From contig NZ_CBDBZT010000003.1 in the NCBI RefSeq assembly GCF_965213655.1, positions 1,927,733-1,991,732 on the forward strand: a stretch of DNA of 64,000 bases. Reading direction: 5' to 3'. Under the pieces are notes generated by a model. The model was not told the origin of the DNA and did no database searches. It was given only the letters and a program-made list of their open reading frames with translations. This DNA is from Candidatus Palauibacter sp. (lineage in GTDB: Bacteria; Gemmatimonadota; Gemmatimonadetes; Palauibacterales; Palauibacteraceae). Position 1 is the first letter of the stretch, and each line of letters begins with the position of its first letter. The translations under genes were made by a program, and so were the position numbers. This document shows positions 58,155 to 64,000 of this stretch, piece after piece.

Positions 58155-60454
58155 ACGACGAGGGCCGACCGGTGAACGACGAGGAACACCCGCTGGAGGG
58201 CGGAGTCAAGTCCGCCAACGGGGAAGCCGAACCCGCGGAGGACGAGGGCAAGCCGGCGAAGACGGTCAACGAGCGCATCCACACGGCATTCGAGTGGGTA
58301 CTGGTCCGAATCCCCGGCCGATTCGGCGACTGGGCCCGGGAGGCGTCCGGAGGTCGCTTCGGGATCGGCAGCCAGGTCGTCGTCGGGCTGGGGGGCAGCG
58401 TCAGCCTCACGATCGGGGCCTTCCTGCTCGTGAGCCTCCTGATGAGCGTGGTCCAGCGGGGACAGAGCGAAGTAACGGAGGAGCAGATCCCGGCCCTCGT
58501 CGCCGCCTACCAGCTCTACAAGCACAGCGAGACGCTCGCGAGTGCGCTGCCCGAGCTCCTCGCCGCGGCCGACCCCGAAGAGCTGGCGGACGTGCAGTCC
58601 CGCGTCCTGCGCGGCGATGACAGCCTCCAAGTATGGATCGAGCAGGTCGAGGAAGGGTCCGACGCGGCCGTCGAGACGCTGGCACAGGACCTACAGGCAA
58701 GCCTCGGCGAGATCTACGAGTCGGTCGACAACCGCATGACCTACCAGGAGCAGCTCCGCACGATGCAGGATGAGGTACTGACGGCCGATCTGCGCCTCCA
58801 GGCCCGGCTCGAGGAGGAGATCGATGACCAGTACTTCTTCATCCAGACGGGGCTGCGCGAACTCGACGACGTGCCGGCCCCGCTGGCGCGGCGCACGACG
58901 CTCGGCGAATTCGGCCATCACTCCGGGCTTCTGAGCTTCAGGGCCTCCCAGGGTCAGGCCACGAGTCTGATTCAGCAGGCCTTCACGGAGACGGACAGCG
59001 AGCAGCTACTAGCCGACCGGGAACGGTTCGAGACGGCCCTGAGCGATACACGCGACGCTCTGGGCGAGATCCGCCCTCCGATGCGGGACACGCTTGCGCT
59101 CCAGGTCGATGTTCTGGAGGACATCTACGGCGGCGCCACGGGGATCTTCGCGACGCGGCGGCGTGAACTCGAAGAGGTGGGCCGAGCCGACAGCCTGGTG
59201 GTGCGCAATCGGGCGACGACGGCCGCACTCGTGTCGGGCGTCGGGGGGCTCGTGGATCGCGTGCAGGTGGCCGCCCGCGACGCCGCGAATCGATCCAGCT
59301 TGCTCGTCACGCTCGGCTTCTGGTTCCTCCTCGCCGTGACGCTGTTCATGGTCGGTTCGGCGAACCTCGCCTGGAAGCACTTCGGCCGCCCGGTGATCGT
59401 CAGGCTGCACCGGCTGTTCGAGACCACCCGGCGCATGTCCGAGGGCGACCTCGAGGCGAAGGTGGAGGTCGAGGGCAACGACGAAGTCACCGACATGGCG
59501 CACGCGCTGGAGGTTTTTCGGAAGCACGCCCTCGAAGTGCAGAGGCTGAACCTGGTCGAGAAGCTCGCTCAGGAGGTCCAGGCCAAGAACGACGCGCTCG
59601 AAGAGACGCTCGACGACCTCCAGCGCACGCAGCAGCAGGTCATCACCCAGGAGAAGCTGGCCTCGCTCGGCGCTCTCACGGCGGGGGTAGCCCATGAGAT
59701 CCGCAATCCCCTCAACTTCGTGAACAACTTCGCCGCCCTGTCCAGGGAACTGATCGAAGAGTTGAAGGAGGAGTTGAAGGGGGTGGCGGAGGGGAGCGCC
59801 GAGATGGACCGCGAGTTCATCGAGGAAGTGCTCGACGATCTCGACATGAACGTGACCAAGGTCCGGGAACACGGCGGCCGCGCCGACCGGATCGTGGAGG
59901 GGATGCTCGCGCATTCGCGGGAGGATGCCGGCGACGCGGAGACCATCGACGTCAACCAGCTCGTCGACGAGTACGCGAAACTCGCCTACCACGGCCTGCG
60001 CGGTAACGACGCCTCCTTCAACGTGACGCTGGACCGGGACTTCGACGACGAAGCCGGCGAGGTCACCGGCATCGCGCGCGACCTGAGCCGGGTCTTCCTG
60101 AACGTCGTGACGAACGCCTGTCACGCGACGGCTGCCCGCAGGGAGGAGGAAGGCGCCGACTATTCGCCCACCGTCGCGCTCAGGACGAGGGGCTTCGAGG
60201 ACCACGTTATCGTGTCGGTTAGAGACAACGGCACGGGGATCCCCGACTCGATCGTCAAGAAGATCTTCGAACCGTTCTTCACGACCAAGTCCGGCACCCA
60301 GGGGACCGGGCTCGGGCTCTCGATCTCGCGTGATATAGTGGTCGGCCACGGGGGCGATCTCGAAGTGGAGACGGAACCCGGGGAATTCACCGAATTCAGG
60401 ATCAAGTTGATGCGGCAGAGCAACATTTCCGCGGTGACCGCGGCCGTCACCTGA
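58151..60454 (+). CDS. sensor histidine kinase (TM - large extracytoplasmic domain - TM - HAMP - HisKA - HATPase_c)
   Basis: ATG 58151. The track's 57713 start is an artefact. HAMP (…LHRLFETTRRMSEGDLEAKVEVEGNDEVTDMAHALEVF…), H-box AGVAHEIRNPLNFV, G-boxes …DNGTGIP… and GTGLGLSISRDIV. Confidence 0.85.
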   Translation: MNDEGRPVNDEEHPLEGGVKSANGEAEPAEDEGKPAKTVNERIHTAFEWVLVRIPGRFGDWAREASGGRFGIGSQVVVGLGGSVSLTIGAFLLVSLLMSVVQRGQSEVTEEQIPALVAAYQLYKHSETLASALPELLAAADPEELADVQSRVLRGDDSLQVWIEQVEEGSDAAVETLAQDLQASLGEIYESVDNRMTYQEQLRTMQDEVLTADLRLQARLEEEIDDQYFFIQTGLRELDDVPAPLARRTTLGEFGHHSGLLSFRASQGQATSLIQQAFTETDSEQLLADRERFETALSDTRDALGEIRPPMRDTLALQVDVLEDIYGGATGIFATRRRELEEVGRADSLVVRNRATTAALVSGVGGLVDRVQVAARDAANRSSLLVTLGFWFLLAVTLFMVGSANLAWKHFGRPVIVRLHRLFETTRRMSEGDLEAKVEVEGNDEVTDMAHALEVFRKHALEVQRLNLVEKLAQEVQAKNDALEETLDDLQRTQQQVITQEKLASLGALTAGVAHEIRNPLNFVNNFAALSRELIEELKEELKGVAEGSAEMDREFIEEVLDDLDMNVTKVREHGGRADRIVEGMLAHSREDAGDAETIDVNQLVDEYAKLAYHGLRGNDASFNVTLDRDFDDEAGEVTGIARDLSRVFLNVVTNACHATAARREEEGADYSPTVALRTRGFEDHVIVSVRDNGTGIPDSIVKKIFEPFFTTKSGTQGTGLGLSISRDIVVGHGGDLEVETEPGEFTEFRIKLMRQSNISAVTAAVT

Positions 60455-60484
60455 CGGTCCGGCCGCATCCATCATGGAGAGACG

Positions 60485-62146
60485 ATGAACAAGAAGACGA
60501 GCACGAAACGGAGTTTCCTCGGGGCCCTGATGGCCACCGCCGTCCTCTTCCTCGGCGCCGGGGGACTGCGCGCGCAGGATGGGCGCCCGGAGACGACCCC
60601 GCGCGGAGACGACGAGGGCGACGGCCCCTACGACCGCCTGATCCTCCGCGGCGTCACGATCATCGACGGGACGGGCGCGCCGCCGCAGGGCCCGGTCGAC
60701 ATCGTCATCGAGGGCGACCGCATCGCCTCCGTCAGTACCGTCGGTTACCCGGGACTCGACATCAACGAGGACCGCCGTCCGGACCTCGAGATCGAGGACA
60801 ACCCGGATGCGAGCGTGCACGAGATCGACCTCTCGGGGCACTACCTCATGCCCGGCTTCGTCGACATGCACGCGCACACCGGCGGCTTCCCGAAGGCGCC
60901 GCAGCCGGAGTACGTGTACAAGCTCTGGATGGGACACGGGATCACGACCTCCCGCGGCGTTGGACACGGGCCGATGATGTGGGCGCTGGGGGAGAAGGCG
61001 AAGGCCGCCCGCCACGAGATCGTCGCCCCGCGCATGTACACCTACGTGCGGCCAGGCGAGGCTTGGGACCAGGGGTCCGTGGATTCGCCGGAGAAGGCGC
61101 GGGAGTGGGTGCGCTGGGCCGCGGCGCAGGAGGTCGAGGGGCAGAAGATCGACGGCCTCAAGCTGGGTTCCTACGACCCGCCGATCATGGAAGCGCTTAT
61201 CGACGAGGCGCACCAGCACGGGCTCGGCACCGTGGCCCACCTCGGCCAGATGGGCGTGGGGCGGATGACCGCGCTCGACGCGGCCGAGATCGGGCTCGAC
61301 ATGATGACGCACTACTACGGCCTGTTCGAGTCGATGCTGTCCGACTACAGCGTCCAGGACTGGCCGCTCGACTACAACTACCAGAATGAGCAGCACCGCT
61401 TCGGCAACGTGGCCCGGCTCTGGGATCAGGTCGATGGGCCGGGCTCCGATAGCTGGAATGCGCTCCAGGAGCGCTTCCTCGAACTCGGGTTCGGGATCGA
61501 TCCGACCATGACGATCTACGAGGCGAGCCGGGACGTGATGGCGGCGCGCAACGCGGACTGGCACGAGGAGTACACGCTGCCCAGCCAGTGGGACTTCTAC
61601 CAGCCCAGCCGGGCCGCGCACGGTTCGTACTGGTTCTACTGGGGGACGGAGGACGAGGTCGCGTGGCGGAACTTCTACAAGGTGTGGATGCAGTTCCTCA
61701 ACGAGTACAAGAACCGTGGCGGCCGGGTCACGACGGGTTCGGACTCGGGCTTCATCTACAAGCTGTACGGCTTCGACTACATCCGGGAGTTCGAGCTGCT
61801 GCGCGAGGCCGGGTTCCACCCGGTGGAGGTGATCCGCTCGGCCACCCTGCACGGTGCTCAGGAGCTGAACGATCCCAAGGGACTCCAGCCCGATTTCGGA
61901 ATGATCCGGGCGGGGCTCAAGGCCGATTTCGTCGTCGTCGAGGAAAACCCGCTTCAGAACCTGAAGGTCCTGTACGGAACCGGCGCGGTGAAGCTCAATG
62001 ACGAGACCGGCGAGACCGAGCGCGTCGGCGGCATCAAGTACACGATCAAGGACGGCATCGTCTACGACGCGAAGCAGTTGCTGGCCGATGTGCGCGAGAT
62101 GGTGCGGGCGGCGAAGGCCGAACTCGCGACGCAGGACGAGAATTAG
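60485..62146 (+). CDS. secreted metal-dependent amidohydrolase-family protein
   Basis: Signal peptide; MPGFVDMHAHTGG metal-binding HxH motif; later …TGSDSGF… region. Confidence 0.8.
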   Translation: MNKKTSTKRSFLGALMATAVLFLGAGGLRAQDGRPETTPRGDDEGDGPYDRLILRGVTIIDGTGAPPQGPVDIVIEGDRIASVSTVGYPGLDINEDRRPDLEIEDNPDASVHEIDLSGHYLMPGFVDMHAHTGGFPKAPQPEYVYKLWMGHGITTSRGVGHGPMMWALGEKAKAARHEIVAPRMYTYVRPGEAWDQGSVDSPEKAREWVRWAAAQEVEGQKIDGLKLGSYDPPIMEALIDEAHQHGLGTVAHLGQMGVGRMTALDAAEIGLDMMTHYYGLFESMLSDYSVQDWPLDYNYQNEQHRFGNVARLWDQVDGPGSDSWNALQERFLELGFGIDPTMTIYEASRDVMAARNADWHEEYTLPSQWDFYQPSRAAHGSYWFYWGTEDEVAWRNFYKVWMQFLNEYKNRGGRVTTGSDSGFIYKLYGFDYIREFELLREAGFHPVEVIRSATLHGAQELNDPKGLQPDFGMIRAGLKADFVVVEENPLQNLKVLYGTGAVKLNDETGETERVGGIKYTIKDGIVYDAKQLLADVREMVRAAKAELATQDEN

Positions 62147-62147
62147 C

Positions 62148-62792
62148 GTGAAGTTCGTGCGCGGGACCGGACTCCTGCTCCTCGCGCTTGTTGCGTGCCG
62201 CGGCGACGCGGGCGAGGGGGAGGTGCGGACGGTTCAGCCCGGCGCCCCCGGCGAGGCCACGCGCGTCCTGACCGTGGAGGAAGCGGCATCCCTCGATCAC
62301 GTCACGCATACGCCGGCGGACGTCCGCTTCATGCAGGGGATGATCCCGCATCACGCCCAGGCGCTGGAGATGGCTGCGCTCATTCCGGAGCGGACGGATC
62401 ACGAGGGCCTGCGGCTCCTCGGACTGCGGATCGAGATCTCCCAGCGAGACGAGATCGCATGGATGACGCGCTGGCTCGAGCGGCGGGACGAGACGGCTCC
62501 GATGGTGGGGGCCGGACATGCGCACGGACTCGGCGACGGCGAACTCATGCCGGGGATGCTGTCGCACGAGGAGATGGCCGCGCTCGCCGCGGCTCGGGGT
62601 TCCGAGTTCGACCGGCTCTTCCTCGAGGGGATGATCAAGCATCACGAGGGCGCCCTGATGATGGTGGCCGAGTTGTTCGGGAGTCCGGGCGGAGGTCAGG
62701 AGACCGAGATTTTTCGGTTCGCGGCGGATGTGGACGCGGACCAGGACATGGAGATCCTGCGCATGCAGGATTTGTTGAACAGGATTCCATGA
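62148..62792 (+). CDS. DUF305-family lipoprotein (four-helix-bundle, putative Cu-binding)
   Basis: GTG start at 62148 right after the amidohydrolase TAG; lipobox LLLALVACRGD. Duplicated MIPHHAQAL… / MIKHHEGAL… motifs are typical of DUF305. Confidence 0.75.
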   Translation: MKFVRGTGLLLLALVACRGDAGEGEVRTVQPGAPGEATRVLTVEEAASLDHVTHTPADVRFMQGMIPHHAQALEMAALIPERTDHEGLRLLGLRIEISQRDEIAWMTRWLERRDETAPMVGAGHAHGLGDGELMPGMLSHEEMAALAAARGSEFDRLFLEGMIKHHEGALMMVAELFGSPGGGQETEIFRFAADVDADQDMEILRMQDLLNRIP

Positions 62793-62824
62793 CCACTCAT
62801 TGGCGTTTCACGGGAGGTAGAAAG

Positions 62825-64000
62825 ATGTCACGCAGAGAGATCTTGACGGTGCCCGGGCGGATCGGCCTGGCGGCGCTGCTGCCGGGCATGGCGTTCGCCT
62901 GGCTGGCGAGCGCGGAGGCCCTCGCGGCGCAGGACCCGCCGCCCCCGCCGCCGGAGGCGGTCTGGGAATGGGATCCCGACGATCCGCGCATCGGGCTCGC
63001 GCCGGGCCTCCACGATGCCGGCATGGCGATCGGCAACCTCGAGCGGCTGATCAGCCTCCCGAAACCCGATCCGTTCCTCACCGATGAGGCCGGTGGACGC
63101 GGCCCGACGAACTCGGACCTCGCCTTCCAGGACAACTTCGTCTTCCAGGGCAGCTACTGGGGCTTCCAGGTTTTCGACGCCTCGGACCCCGCGCAGCCCG
63201 AACTCGTCGTCGCGGTCGTGTGCCCCGGCGGGCAGGGCGACGTGAGCGTGCATGAGAACCTTCTTTTCATGTCGGTTCAGCAGACGTCGGCCCGCCTCGA
63301 TTGCGGCACGGAAGGAGTGCAGGACAGCGTCAGTACCGTGCGCCTGCAGGGGATCCGAATCTTCGACATCTCCGACATCGGGAATCCGCGCCAGGTGAAG
63401 ACGGTCCAGACGTGCCGCGGCTCCCACACGCACACGCTCGTCACCGATCCAGGCGACGACTCCCGCGTCTACATCTACGTCTCGGGCACGGGACGCGTGC
63501 GGTCGGGGAGCGAGCTCGAGGGCTGCTCCGGCCTGCCGGTCGAGGAGGACGAGAACACGGCGCTGTTCCGGATCGAGATCATCGAGGTACCGGTGGACGC
63601 GCCGGAGAACGCGGAAGTCGTCAACATGCCGCGCATCTTCGCGGATCCCGAAACAGGGGAGATCGCGGGCCTGTGGGCGGGAGGCGACCACGGCGAAGGC
63701 TCGCAGGCGTCTCGCCGCACGAACCAGTGCCACGACATCACGGTGCGCTCCGATCTGGGACTCGCCGCCGGAGCCTGCTCGGGGAACGGCATCCTGCTGG
63801 ACATCTCCGACCCCGCGAATCCGGTCCGCATCGACCAGGTCGTCGATCCGAACTTCGCCTACTGGCATTCGGCGACGTTCAACAACGACGGCACCGCGAT
63901 CGTCTTCACGGACGAGTGGGGCGGCGGCGGCGCGCCCCGGTGCCGCGGCTCCGATCCGGAGACGTGGGGCGCCAACGCGATCTTCACGATCCGCGACCGG
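62825..64000 (+). CDS. secreted LVIVD-repeat beta-propeller protein; 3' end beyond window end
   Basis: Absent from the ORF track (no stop in the window). My translation from ATG 62825 (GGAGGT SD) gives MSRREILTVPGRIGLAALLPGMAFAWLASAEALAAQ… followed by …IRIFDISDIGNP…ILLDISDPANPVRIDQV…FTDEWGGGG…, resembling the C-terminal half of the 5670-8096 product. Confidence 0.7.
   Translation, partial: MSRREILTVPGRIGLAALLPGMAFAWLASAEALAAQDPPPPPPEAVWEWDPDDPRIGLAPGLHDAGMAIGNLERLISLPKPDPFLTDEAGGRGPTNSDLAFQDNFVFQGSYWGFQVFDASDPAQPELVVAVVCPGGQGDVSVHENLLFMSVQQTSARLDCGTEGVQDSVSTVRLQGIRIFDISDIGNPRQVKTVQTCRGSHTHTLVTDPGDDSRVYIYVSGTGRVRSGSELEGCSGLPVEEDENTALFRIEIIEVPVDAPENAEVVNMPRIFADPETGEIAGLWAGGDHGEGSQASRRTNQCHDITVRSDLGLAAGACSGNGILLDISDPANPVRIDQVVDPNFAYWHSATFNNDGTAIVFTDEWGGGGAPRCRGSDPETWGANAIFTIRDR

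Overview
This is a 64-kb window from a very GC-rich bacterial chromosome. G+C is clearly well above 60% by eye (not computed). Because of this, the six-frame ORF track is crowded with long Arg/Pro/Ala/Gly-rich antisense and out-of-frame ORFs, which I reject. I call about 47 protein-coding genes. Two of them run off the window ends and are therefore absent from the ORF track: an AcrB-like RND permease at 1-3064 (-) and an LVIVD-repeat protein at 62825-64000 (+). I see no rRNA, tRNA, CRISPR array, transposase, integrase or phage genes. The content is dominated by envelope, secreted and signalling proteins. The items most worth follow-up are these. (1) A + strand operon of a secreted S9 peptidase followed by three tandem paralogous membrane proteins whose C-termini are K-channel-like pore modules with the GYG filter replaced by DYA; the middle copy is broken by two frameshifts, one in a C8 homopolymer. 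(2) A roughly 10.5-kb co-directional - strand cluster bracketed by two paralogous NHL-type 6-bladed beta-propeller genes. It contains a giant Big_2 / plant-type LRRNT+LRR x3 / metzincin lipoprotein, an ECF sigma/anti-sigma pair, and a TPR-TlpA thioredoxin lipoprotein. A third, frameshifted propeller paralog sits next to an orphan Phd/YefM antitoxin. (3) A tightly coupled - strand operon: amt, then circularly permuted ATP-grasp, alpha-E and transglutaminase (the known amidoligase triad), then an outer-membrane beta-barrel, then an outer-membrane-factor::DUF1028 (Ntn-hydrolase) fusion with a Gly-Thr junction. (4) An AlkB-type membrane hydroxylase fused to a GlnE-like nucleotidyltransferase-type domain. 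The window also holds a VapBC module; an ABC importer with tandem duplicated binding proteins; an RsbV/RsbW-like pair divergent from a response-regulator-PP2C / periplasmic-binding-protein / histidine-kinase operon; and two PQQ-dependent dehydrogenases. All domain calls come from my reading of motifs in the translations. No database search was run.
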